From assembly GCA_043228905.1 (NCBI GenBank), contig JBHGNT010000001.1:22444001-22508000 (forward strand): 64,000 bases of DNA. Direction: 5' to 3'. The translations under genes were made by a program, and so were the position numbers. The stretch comes from Azolla caroliniana. Taxonomy: Eukaryota > Plantae > Polypodiophyta. The first letter of the stretch is position 1. Each line of letters begins with the position of its first letter. The notes under the pieces were generated by a model, which saw only the letters and a list, made by a program, of their open reading frames with translations, was not told the origin of the DNA and made no database searches. Of the stretch, positions 37,041 to 49,966 are shown in pieces.

Positions 37041-39537
37041 ATGTCGACAAGACAACATGCCGACCTATATCTCCCCAGCTCGGCAGTGATGGCTACACGA
37101 CAAGGGCTTAGAAGGTTACATCCGGGTAGCAGAAGCTCCACCACACCCGAATGTCTAGGAGGTGGCCAAGAAACTCAATGTTGACACCGTCACAAACGCC
37201 ACTATCTTGAAGAAGCTGGGTTTATTTGGAACTGGTAAACGTCACTTCGAAATCCCCCCAGCAAGAGTCCTCGAATTGTTCTTCGGGGAATATACAACCT
37301 CCGCAAAGGCATATAGAACACGGGATGTCCCTAACCCATTATTTCGGGAAGTGGCAAAGTCTTATTGGAAGTAGGGTGCATACATTTGAGGGCCATTCCA
37401 TTGACTGGGGAGTCATCATGGTGCTAGGACTAAGAGAGGGCTTGCACACATTTCAGGTTGGGAAAAAGTGTTGCCCTATCATCCAACAGTACTTAACAGT
37501 ACTATCCCCCCCTGTAGCCTCCTCGCCCCGGAAACAAGCCACCAAACACCCAAGCCACGGTCAGCTAAACGAAGACTACCTGACCTCGTGGAGACAGAAT
37601 GGGAGGAAGAAGCAAACCGCGTGAAACAGAAGCCGCCCCGTCACAAGGCGACCCGCCGGTGAACCGCACCCACCCCCGTGAAGCGCAACCGACAGAGTGC
37701 CGGGCTGAGCAAGAGATGGCACGCGGAAGCCCGAAACCCAAGCGCAAGCGGCTAGACTAAAAGGACGGTCATGGTCTTGTTAAGGATACAACCCCACGAG
37801 TCGAGAACCCCGCCACTACAGAGGCCACCTCCACATTGGAGTTGATTCCCGAACCTCGGCCAATAATAACCGAATAGTCGCAACGTGATAAGGGCATGCT
37901 AACTTCGGAAAGCGAAGTTTTGTCCTACCTAGATATCCAAGACATGGCCCATGACTTCGGCGCCCACTTGAAATTCGGCACAACTTATGAGCTCATGGAG
38001 TTCCTAGCGACACGGCTGATTAAGGTGTCCCAGCGAATGGCCAAAGAGCATGCCGAACGACAAATGATCGAGTGTGCTCTGACACAGACGGGGGAAAGCG
38101 GGTAGGAAGGAAGAGAAACGCAGGTGTTAGCTGCATAGGCATCGAGCTCCCTCCGCTTAATACGGCCTTAGTCAAGGATCATAGGGAGTTGGCAAAGGTC
38201 ACCCAGGGCACCAAAGATATGGCGATCAAGAACAAAAACGTTTGGAAAACCGTGAAAGTAACCCATGAGCAACTAAATAAAGCACAACATCGTATTACGA
38301 ACCTTGAGAGCAACGCACCAACAACACAACCAGTTCCCGCTCCTACCTCCCAGACGACCGAACTACAGATCCTACGAGAGGAGGCAGAGGCTCAAGTAGC
38401 AATAACAACTATAAAAAAAAGGTTTATTGAGCTAGCCGAGTTTGAGATCGACAGTCTTAGGTCAGAACTACGTCAATCCTCAGACAGAGAAGCATACATT
38501 CAAGCAAAAGGATGTAAGGCGGTCAAGGCAATTCAAGACAAGCTCGACGCGGAAGTGGCCGTGCATTGCCAAAGGAAGGAGGAGAGGGACAAGCTCCACG
38601 AGGAAAGGACCTAGAAGGAAGGCACCATAACGGCACTCAGAGAGGCGGCACAAGAAAAAACGAGAGTGGTATGACGAACAACTCGACCACGAGCGCCAAC
38701 TCAAGCGTGATGTTGAAATACGCCTCAACAAGGAGATGGGCCGGCTAGAGGAGCTCCATGAGAAGGAGTCGCAAATCTGGGCACAAATGAAGACACTTTA
38801 TGAAGAAGTAGCGACGAACAACAAGGGGAAATTTGAGAACCTCAAGAAGGCTTTTGCGGACTTACAGGCCCACACGCGCCTGAACACGAATCGTACCCAC
38901 ATCCTCCAAACAAAACAAGAACAGTTTACGACCCAAGTACAAGCGACGGATGGGTCATATGGGCAACGCAGGCATCGGAACTCCACACATACAAAGCGGA
39001 CTGGGAAAATTGGCGTAAGGAAGGAAAAGGGTTTTTACAAGCTAAGAGAAGAGAGCATCGCTACGATTCACGAAGACCTTATGCAAGATAACCAGTCCTT
39101 CATGAAGAAATGGCACAACTATTTGAGGACTTTAGTGAAAGCCAAGACGACACATTCTGCCATCTGTAGCAAACATCAAAGGGCAGAAGAGGTAAGGAAG
39201 TCAGAGGCCATCATTTTGCCAAATAGCAATTCCACGAAACAACATGGGAGTCCGTACAAACAAGATGTAGCTCCGGAGGTTACGACAGTGGTCGCCTGCT
39301 CCGGTAGTCGTGGCGAATGAGGCGCTACAAACAGACCCAAACCAGACTCCCACAGGCGCAAAGGAGGAAATATGGACAGAACAACCGGTGGAGACGCTGC
39401 AGGAGGATGTGATGGCCGACCATCAAGAGGGAGACATTGCAGATGCAGAAACCACGACACAGGGACTTCCGGCCGAGTCGAAAAATGGTGAGCCGATCCA
39501 CGTCATTGGACGAGTGCCTGGAACCACATATCATTGA
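37041..39537 (+). pseudogene. Extra sense ORF downstream of pol in G, function unknown, coiled-coil-rich C-terminal half
   Basis: Chain of ORF fragments 37162, 37226, 37896, 38072, 38736 and 39310 between INT and the PPT. Confidence 0.75.
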
Positions 39538-42500
39538 TACTTTGGACAATGAGTAGAGAAGGAGGATGGGTATGATGGAAGCGTTAGAAAGCATAAGTGC
39601 ATGTAACGATTCATGCACTAAGCTTAATCTTCTATGTGCTACATATATAAAGGGTATAAGAAAATTGTAAACAGTTAGCATAGTTTTGGGAGTATAATCC
39701 TTCTAATATAATCCTGTTGTCTTTTCTTAACTCTGTGTCAAGTATTATTGGAACTCTATGTTGATGGGGAAGCGTATATGTTCTTAGGGTAAGTGGTGTA
39801 TCTATGTAAACCCCGACCTATGGTAAGAAGGTGTTTGGTTGTAGCCGTCTCCTATTAACGCCTTACCCTCCTGGTCACTCAGTAACGCACTACCCATTCC
39901 CGTGGGTTAAGGCTAGACGTACTACGCTATCCATTCTCTGTACCACGATCTCCTTGAGCCATACCCCAAAGGATGGAGGGTAGGCCATGTACCTAATCGG
40001 TAGCAATGTTCAAGTTGACCGGCTCCAACTACCTAGTGTGGAAGACAAAGATGAGAGACATGCTCGTGGTCAAAGATCTTTAGCTTCCAGTACAATTCAG
40101 GGACAAGAAACCGGACAAGATCAATGCGATGATGTGAGAGGTGATGCATATGAAGATGACGGCATACATTAGATGCTTCATCGACATAAGCCTGTACAAC
40201 AACTTTAATGAAGAAAGTAAGGCTCATGTGCTATGGGAGAAAATCAATACCATGTTACAGAGTAAAAACGCTGTAAATTGGGTTTCGGTATTCCAAAAGT
40301 TAGCGAGACTCCGGTACCAGAACAGATCCTACATGGTGGAGCACATGAATGCATTCCAGGGGCTCATAAATCAAACAACATCATTGGAAGTACCTCTAGC
40401 CGACGAGGTATTCACGTTGTTGTTGCTCGATTCCCTCCTAGATAGTTGGGAGACGCTAGGTGTCACTTTGGGTAACGCCGGGTCGGAAGGAAAATAGTTA
40501 TCCCTAGCAAGGGTAAAATCAAGCTTGCTGGATGAAGAAGCTTGTCAGAAGGACCGGGAGTCCGGAACCGATCCGAAGACCTTGGTCATGAAAGATGACC
40601 ATAACTGCTGAAGAGGCCGAAATTGGAGTCCCTAAAACCAGGACAAATCGGGGATGAGGTCGAAGTCAAGGGGGAGGCCCACTTGCTTCTACTACGGAAA
40701 GTCGGGGCACTTCCAAAAGAATTGCCGACACTTCCGGAAAGCCAAAGGGGGAACCAACAACCCGGAATCAAAGAAACATTCGGAGAGAAGAGGAAAGTTG
40801 GCGATCGCGACAAGTGAAGAAGAATTGTTGTTAATCACCGAGGAGAGTGAGTTGCATCTTGTTAGCGATGAAACGACGTGGGTGGTCAACTCCAGCGCGT
40901 CATTCCATTTGACCCCCAACCATAAGTGCTTCTCATCTTATAGAGTTGTAGATCACAGTTCTATCCGGATGGGAAATGAATGTACATGCCAAATTGTCGG
41001 CATAGGAAATGTGTGGTTGACAATGTCAACTAGGTGCAAGTTGCTGCTGAAAGATGCATAACACGTTCTGGAGGTTCATTTGAACCTGATGACAGTCGGT
41101 CGGGTAGATGATGATGTCTACATAGGTAGCATCCAAAACGGAGTCATGAAGTTTTGTAAAGGAAGCCTGATCGTGGCCGAAAACCGGAAGATCAACACAT
41201 TATACTTGATGCATGCCGGATTAACCGGGAAGAAGTGAACGTGGCATCTGAAAATGTCGATGAGTTGTGGCACAAGAGGTTGTGTCGCATGAGTTAGAAA
41301 GGGATGCGAAGACTTGCCGAGGACAACCTCATTCTAGAGGTGAAAGACGTGCATCTTGAGAAGTGCACCGATTGTGTGGCTAGCAAGCATAACCGAACTT
41401 CGTTCTGGTGAAGACCACTGATGAGACAGAATGCACTGCTGCAGCTTGTGCGTACTGATGTATGCCCAGTGGACACGAAGTCACATGCCGGATTGTAGTA
41501 CTTTGTGACGTCATAGACGACCGCAACAAGAAGTTGTGGGTCTCACTGCTGAAGACAAAGGACCAGGTATTATCCATTTTCAATTACTTCCACACGAGAC
41601 TAGAAAGGGAAACCGGCCAGAAGTTGAAGGCGGCTCGAGCAGACAATGGAGGAGAATACCAGGGGCAATTTCAGGAGTATTGCCAGTCGAAGGGAATCCG
41701 GTTCGAATTCACCGTGCCGAAGACACCAAAGCTCAACGGATTGGTCGGAAGGATGAACCAGAGTCTAATGGAGAGAGTCCGGAGTATGCTGGCACATACC
41801 AAGTTACCCAAGATGTTTTGGGTTGAGGCACTAATAACAACGACGTACGTGATAAATAGATGGAGACACACCATAGGGAGTATGGACCAGTAAAGATGTG
41901 TCTTACTGGCATCTGAAGGTGTTCAATTGTCTCACTTACGTGCATGTTGCAAAAGGACAAGAGAGAGAAGTTTGATCCGACGTCCCGACCATGCATATTC
42001 CTTGGATACAACGATGATGAGTTCGGCTATCGAGTGTGGGACTTGGTCGACAAAAAGGTCTTCCGGAGTCGAGACATAGTCTTCATGGAAGACAATACCA
42101 TTTCTGACTCCTAGTCATAGAAGAGGACAATCGACTCCAGGTCGACCGACAGCGATTGGTTGGACGATGCAAGGAATCATCCGGCTGGAAGCCGAATGAC
42201 ACTCGAGGAACCGGCCAAAGTCGGACCAGAAACCGAACCGACTGAAGAAGAAGATTTGAACACCAAAACCAATCAAGGCCCCTAATCAAATTCAGATGAA
42301 GAACAAATGGAGGAACCAGTGGACAAGAACCAAGGAAGAAGATATCCTCTCATGGAGAGAAGAGCCCGCCAGAGATTTCCGGATCAAGAGCATGTACTAC
42401 TGACCGACAAGGGGGAGCCAAAAAGCTTCGAAGAAGCAAAGAAAGACACCCAAAACCGCAAGTGGTTAAGTGCCATGCAAGATGAGGTGGATTCCATGCA

Positions 42501-43272
42501 TGATAATCGCACATATGAACTGACAGAGTTGCCGAAAGGAAAGAGAGGGGTCCGGAACAAGTGGATGTACAAGTTGAAACCGGGAGACGTAGGAAATCCA
42601 CTGAGATACAAAGCCCGGATCATGTTGAAGGGGTTTCAACAGAAGAAAGGAGTGGATTTCGACAAGATCTTCACACCGGTAATCAAGATGACATCCATCC
42701 TGATGGTCTTGAGCATAGCGGCAATCATGAACCTCGATATAGAGCAACTAGACGTCAAGATGGTGCTCCTACATGATGACCTCAAAGAAGAGATCTACAT
42801 GCATTAGCTAGAAGGATTTGTCAAGAAAAAAAAGGAGAACCTAGTGTGCCAGTTGAAGAAGAGCTTATACGGACTGAAGCAAGCTCCCCAACAATGGTAC
42901 CTGAAGTTGGACTCCTTCATTACCAACTAAGGATACCACAAGACGCAGGTGGAACATTGTGTATTTGTGACGAAGTTTGACGGAGGAGACTTCCTAATAC
43001 TACTTCTGTATGTAGATGACATGTTGATCGTCAGACGAGACCGAACCAAAATTGGGAATCTGAAGAAGGCCTTGAATCGGACCTTCTCAATGAAAGATTT
43101 CGGTCTGGCAAGACAAATACTGGGGATGCACATAGTCCGGGACCGGACGAAGAACTGGGTGCTTCAACAGTTCAACATTGATGGATGCGAAGCCAGTTGG
43201 GTCGACACTTTTGGCTAACTGCAAGTTGTCCGGGAAGCAGAGCCCAAAGACAAAGGTAGAGAAGTCGAAAAT

Positions 43273-43608
43273 TGTTAAGCGAGCAAGCCCAACCAGATCC
43301 GGATGGGCTAAATAAGCTAGAGCCGGATCGGAGAACCGAATCGGTGTCCGGATGACATCCGGAACCAAGAGCTAGATCGGACACCCGGATCGGATTGAAA
43401 CTGGTAGGCCGTTAGAGGCCTACGGATCCAGCCTAGTACATAGGTATATTTTCGGGAGTCAGTGATAGTCGCTCATGTGAGCATTGAAGTACATGTCAGT
43501 CCTTTATGGACTTGTATAAAAGTGCTCTTTGAGCACATTCTATGTATAGAATATTGAGAGTATTTTTTTAATAGAGTTTATGTTCTCTCTATCTATCTCT
43601 CCTGTGTA

Positions 43609-43644
<36 letters not shown>

Positions 43645-46600
43645 TAACCTTTCTTCTCATCCTCTGTTACTATCTGGTTGAGCCGGTTTGTTGAAGGCTT
43701 CCACACGTTTACTTTGACATGGTATAAGAGCATGGGGGTTGATCACCTCTGCAGCCAACAGACGCTTTCGAAGACAATTCCTAATTCCCGGTAAGGACAG
43801 ACGAAGAAAGATATTGACAGAGGTATCGCGAGTTCACTTCCCACAGAGAAGCTCAATCGGAGGAACTACGTGTCCTGGTCATATAAAATGCACCAGTACC
43901 TGCTAGGGCATGGATATTGGAACTACGTGGAAGGAACCAACGAGGTAACGCTATAGCCGGCACACAAGGACTTTCCGGCATGGGAGCAAGGAGCGAGCCG
44001 AGTTTTGTACCGTCTCGCCTCCTATGTGCATGATCAGATGCTCGGCTACATCAAGGATGCAAATATGCTTAAGGAGGCCTGGGAAAAACTTCGGAAGATT
44101 TTTGTCGCGAGTACCACAACCCGTAGGTTGCAGCTCCGGCAAAGAGATATGTCGGTTATGGACTACACCAAGATAAAAGAGATTTGCAACGCGCTCGGAT
44201 CCATCAACATGACGGTGGACGAAGACGAGATGGTTCAAATCTGCCTTGGTGGTCTAGCACAATGGTACGGGCCAAAGCGGACGGCAATTTGCACCCAGGA
44301 GAAGCCACCGTCCAAGTTTTTCGACTTACAATCAACGTTGATGGTTGAACAAAACCATGCGAGTGGGTCGAGGACCACTCAATCGGACAGTCGGATGTTG
44401 TATATGGAGGCAGATCGGTCCCCTGGGCGTGGAGGATGAGGTGGTTTGGCACGCAATTGAGGCGGCCGGCAAGAGCAGAACCGAAGGCACAGAGACAGTG
44501 CCGACAACAGTTCCAGACCCTCCACAAGCAGGGGGAGTCATAATGGTGCTAGAAACCGGCAAGGAAAGGCCGACACGGAATGTTGGTATTGTGGCAAGAA
44601 AGGCCACAGGGAGAGCGAGTGTTGGACGAAGCGCACTGATTCGAACAAATCCGGATCCGGCAAAGTCGGTTAAGAAAACCGGCAAAGCTCGCACTACACG
44701 GAAGGATTAAAAGGATCCAGAACCAGGAAGAGAGGAAAAGGGCCAACCTTGTGATGAAGCACAAGGTGAACTCGATGAAGAAAGCCACTTCCAGATCGGA
44801 GCAAGTATGGTACGTTGATTCCGGACCGTCCAACCACATGGTACGTTGGTTTACTTTTTTGGAGAAACCAGAACAATCGGGGATTGTCGAAACCAGAGAT
44901 GACACCCCTCACCCAGTTTTGCATGTCAGAGAAATCCCTTGAAGCCATGTCGGAGAAAAGAACCTAGTGTCAGTTCTGACTACATACTATCGCAAAGAAC
45001 CTGGTGTCGGTTGGACAAATCGTCGACCAGGGGATGCAGGTGCAGTTTACGCACCTCGGGTGCTTCATTGAGGAAAAAGGCCGGATAATTGCGCAAGGGC
45101 GCAGAGAAGAGAGGATGTTCATCCTCAACACTAATGACATCGGCACCACCATGTTTGCCAAAGGACAAAAGATTGAATCAAATATCGATCTCTAGCATAA
45201 GCGGATCGGCCACATCAACTACTGGAGGCTTCAAAATCTGCAATCGAAACAAGTTTAGTGGACGGAAGGCCCAAATATGTGAAGTTTGCCAACTCCGGAA
45301 GCAACACCAGCTTCCATTCCCCACTGAGCAAAACCGGAGCCGTAACAAGCTTGATCTAATCCATTCGGATGTATGGGGACTGGCACAGAATGTTAGTCTT
45401 GGCGTGAGTTGGTATTTCGTCTCCTTCATCAACGACTACAGTCGGCACATGTGGATCTATCTCATCGAGAAGAAAAGCGAAGTCTTCGACTGTTTCCGGA
45501 ACCTTCAAAGCCTAGTCAAAAGGGAAACAGAGAGGAAGATCAAGTGCCTGCAGTCGGATGGCGGAAAAGAATACTTTTCCGGCCAATTCAATAGTTATCT
45601 ACAGCAGAACAAAATTCAAAGAGAATTCAGCTGCTATACACACTGGAACAAAACGGTGTGGCGGAGAGAAAGAACTAGTCGATTGTCGCCACAGCAAGGG
45701 CAATGCTGGAGGAGAAGAGCATGCCCCCAATTCTACTGGGCTCAAGCGGTCTAGATGGCTTTATACATCCAAAACCGGATTGGAGACAAGGTGTCAACAC
45801 ATGAGCTATATTTCGGGCAGAAGCCGAATTTGAGGCACCTTTGGATATTCGGTAGCATAGCATATGTGCATGTACCGGATGAGAAGCGGAAGAAGCTAGA
45901 TCCGAAGTTGGAGAAATGCATCCAAGTCGATTACTCGCATGAGCAGAAGGGGTATAAGCGTTATAACCCTCAGACTAAACAGGTACAAGCACGTTGAGAT
46001 GTCGAGTTTGATGAGTCGGCATCATGGTACTCCCTACCAACTCGATTCCGGAAGATGAGGCTAGTGAGCCCGAGGAGATCCAGGAAGAAGATGAAGACTT
46101 CGGCACTCTAGAAGAGAGTCCGATCTCATTCTTGCTAAGTGGGCCGAATGAGCGGCTGAGTCGGGATGACCAGTCGAATGAAGAACTGGCGAGTAGTGGA
46201 GACTCTGTCGTGCTCTCCCCGTACAAGGAACCGAGGAGACAGTGCACATGCAAAGAGAAGGGGAAGAAGAAGATGTCGGAATATGATACCGGCTGTGAAG
46301 GGTCGGATCGGAACAAATCTGACCTCGGAAAGGAAGAACGCGGATCTTCAGAAAGGAAGTCTGAACCTGCCAAGAAGGGACTCAAACTGGCTAATGAAAA
46401 GTTACGCCAGTCAACCCGTCAGAAGAAAACCGTTATGAGGCACGGGTACAATGAATAAATGGTGCATCACTATGCATACATGACTAAGGTGGAGGAAGTG
46501 CGTGAGTAGGAGAGCTACGTAGAAGCCACAAAAGACGCAAATTAGCATGTTGCTATGGAGGAAGAAATGCAGGCACAAGATGCCAACGATACATGGGACC

Positions 46601-49105
46601 TCGTTGACCCTCCCCAACAGTGCAAACCGATGGGTTGCAAATGGGTGTACAAGGTAGAGTACAACACCAACGGTTTGGTCAACCTGTACAAGGCCTAGCG
46701 AGTAGTGAAGGGATACGCATAGACCCACGGAATCGACTACGACGAGACCTTCGCTCCGGTAGCGAAGATGACGACGGTTCGTGTGGTACTGGTGGTTGTT
46801 GCGGCAAGGGGATGGCATCTTCACCAAATGGACATGAAGAATGTGTTTCTTCAAGGTGACCTTGAAGAACGGGCCTATATGATCCAACCCCCGGGTTTCC
46901 AATTGGAGATGAACAAATCGGTAGTGTGCCAACTCAAGAAGTCGCTTTACGGTCTGAAACAAGCCCCTCGAGTTTGGAATGCGAAGATCACGCACCGGTT
47001 GCGTAAGATGGGGTTTGTGGCCTCTAAGTCCAACTCTTCATTGTTCATCCGGAACGGTCCAAACAGTCTGGTTTGCATCTTGCTTTACGTAGATGATTTA
47101 GTCATCACTGGACCCAGACTCGATGAAATCCGCAAACTGAAGTCCTAGCTATCGGACGCATTTGAAATGAAGGACTAGGGGGACCTTCATTATTTTCTTG
47201 GGATTGACGTGATCCGGACCCCGATGGCATATTGCTCTCAAAACGCCATTATGTGTTGAATATGTTGTACAAGTTCAGCATGACGGAATGCTGACCGATC
47301 TCTATACCCCTGGACTGGAACCTGAAGCTACTTCCCGACTCCAGCCTGGCCTGCGATGAGAAACGGACCATGGTTCTGACAAATTGTCAGAAGCCTCATA
47401 TACTTGACAATCATTCAACCCAACATCAGTTACCCGGTTGGAGTGATCAGCCAATTCATGCAGAAGCCAACCGTGGAGCACCTTCAGTGCGCACATCGAA
47501 TATTGCGGTATGTGAGCGGCACGAAGGACCGGGGACTATTATACCGGTATGGTATAACTAAAAAGCTAGTCGGATATATTGATGCCAACTGGGCTGGTGA
47601 TGCATCAGATCGCTGATCCACCTCCGGTTACATGTTTTCTCTTGGTAGCGTGGTTGTTGCATGGAGCAACAAAAAGCAGCCAACAGTGGCTATGTCGAGC
47701 ACTGAGGCTAAATACCGGGGCGCTACCATTGCCACCTGTGAGGCCATCTGGCTTCGGCGACAACTTCGTGACCTCCAGATCGAGGTGCCGACCCCGATCC
47801 TAATCTACTATGACAATGTAAGCAGCATACAGCTCGCCAAGAATCCTGTATTCCATGCTCGAACAAAGCACACAGAAGTGCATTATCACTTTGTGTGTCA
47901 GCAGGTCTTGAGCGGTGAAGTTGAACTTTGGTATGTTCACACGGATCGGCAAGCTGCCGATATCTTCACCAAGCCACTCGGATCAGACAAGTTGAAGCAC
48001 TTTTCGAAGATTCTCGTCATTCAGCGTCTCGACGTGCCGCACTTGAGAGGGAGGATAGGAGCAGGAATGGGAAAGGATGGCACCGGACAAGGAGCCGGAG
48101 AGGAAGAAAGAATCAAGGGGGGAGATAAGAAGAAAAAGGAAACCGAGCTGACTGAAGCAGTCGGCACATCCGAACAAGTCAGAGCAAGCAGCAGCGGCAG
48201 CAAAGTCAAGAAGGATAGAGCCGACCTGAAGAAGGCCAAGACCCGGACGTGGTCTAATGTGGTGAAGGGGCTAAAAACGGAAGACGAGTTTGAGACTACC
48301 AACTCGGACTAGAGCTGGAACAAATCCGAGACACCCAATTCGGTTCAACAATTGGATTCAGAAGAGCCGGATCAACTACATGCCATGTGGACTAAGAGGC
48401 AGCAGAAGTTATTTTGGAAAAAAAAAGAAAGAGGCAGCGGAAGTCGACACGAACACGAAGGAACCGACGGGTCAACAAGCGTCGGAGTCGCACCAGCGAA
48501 GGAGCTGACATGGGCCTACTGAGCAGACAAGCTGACCAAGGAGATCGAGGTGCACGGAACCGGACAAATCACAGGAAACAGAAACGGACCAGACAAGGTG
48601 TGCGAGCAAGGCGAGCAAGCGAGAGGAGCCAGAGAGGAGAACCGACATCACAATCCGACCTGAAGTTGAGCTTGAGGGGGAGTGTTGGGCGAGCAAACTC
48701 AAGCTGATCTGGATCGGCTGAATAAGCCAGAGTTGGATCGGTATCCGGATCGGAGAACTGGATCAGTGTTCGGATGATATCCGGAACCAGGAGCAAGATC
48801 GGTTTGAAACTAGCGGGCCATTAGAGGCCTACGGATCCAGCCTACTATGTACGCATATTTTTGGGAGTCAGTGATAGTCGCTCATGTGAGCATTGAAGTA
48901 CTTGTCCGTACTTCTACCAGTTCTTTATGGACTTGTATAAAAGTGCTCTTTGAGCACATTCTATGTACAGAATAGTGAGAGTATTTTTTAATAGAGTTTA
49001 CGTTCTCTCTCTCTGTCTCTCCGGTGTACGCGAGCTTTCGTCTCATCCTCTATGACTATTCAACCGAGCCGTTATGTTGAACGCTTCCACGCGTTTACTT
49101 TGACA
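43273..49105 (+). mobile_element. Copia D2, full length and degenerate, inserted in RT of H
   Basis: LTRs 43273-43719 and 48683-49105. PBS TGGTATAAGAGC 43720-43731. PPT 48674-48682. TSD AAAAT/GAAAT. Confidence 0.94.
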
Positions 49106-49966
49106 GAAATGATGAAGATATCATACACCTCTACCATTGGAAGCTTATGTATGCAATGGTGTGTACCGGGCCGGATATCAGATATGCAGTCTGAGTGGTG
49201 AGCCGATTCATGAGCAATCTGGGAAGAGAACACTAGACAGTAGTCAAGTGGATACTCTAGTACTTGAAAGGCACCTCGAGTATGTGCCTCCGATTTGGCT
49301 CTAGTATACTCCAACTTGAAGGATTCATGGATTCGGATATGTCGATTGATGTGGATAGCAGTCAGTCAATGTTCAAATATGTTATGACATATGCAGGGGG
49401 AGCCGTATCGTGGTAGTCGAGGTTGTAGAAGTTCGTTGCACTATTGACAACGGAAGTGGAGTACATGGCAGTCGTAGAAGCTGGTAAAGAGGCAATCTCG
49501 ATGACGGACATCATCAGGGAGCTAGGGATCTGGCAGGAGGAATTCTGGCTCTACTGTGACAGTCAAAGTGTCATCCACCTTGCAAAGAATGCAACCTACC
49601 ACTCCAGGATGAAGCACATCTAGCGTAGATACCACTGGCTCTGGGAGAGAGTAGAAGATCAAGACTTTGCGTTGTTGAAGATCCACACCGAGGAGAACGG
49701 GTCGGACATGATGACCAAGGTGTTGTCAGCCAACAAGTTGGACACGTGTAGGAGACGGATCGGATTGGCAAGACATCCCATGCATGAGTGAAGGGGGAGC
49801 TTGTTGGGAATTTGGTCCCTCCGGAAGGGCTCCGAATGACATCGGGAAGGTATCCACATGGATCCGGTATGAACCGGATCCAGGGACATATCTATAAATA
49901 TGTTTCCGATGTGCCTATCATGGCAATATTTGTAAATAGCCCTAAAGTCATATAAGTATAAGTATG

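Larger units (their letters stand above)
31483..40005 (+). mobile_element. Ty3/gypsy G (non-chromovirus-like) with an extra 3' ORF
   Basis: LTRs 31483-31915 and 39573-40005. PPT 39555-39570. Reconstructed TSD ATGTT (31018-31022 and 40006-40010). Confidence 0.92.
30990..49966 (+). mobile_element. Degenerate copia H in pieces (30990-31022, 40011-43272, 49111-49966). 5' LTR missing; 3' LTR (from 49802) cut by I
   Basis: The gag start ..ESF.SMF|KLTGSNY is split by G. RT is split by D2. PPT at 49790-49799. Confidence 0.85.

Noticed and set aside
37041-39537. env gene in G
   Set aside because: No signal peptide or transmembrane segment is visible in the fragments.
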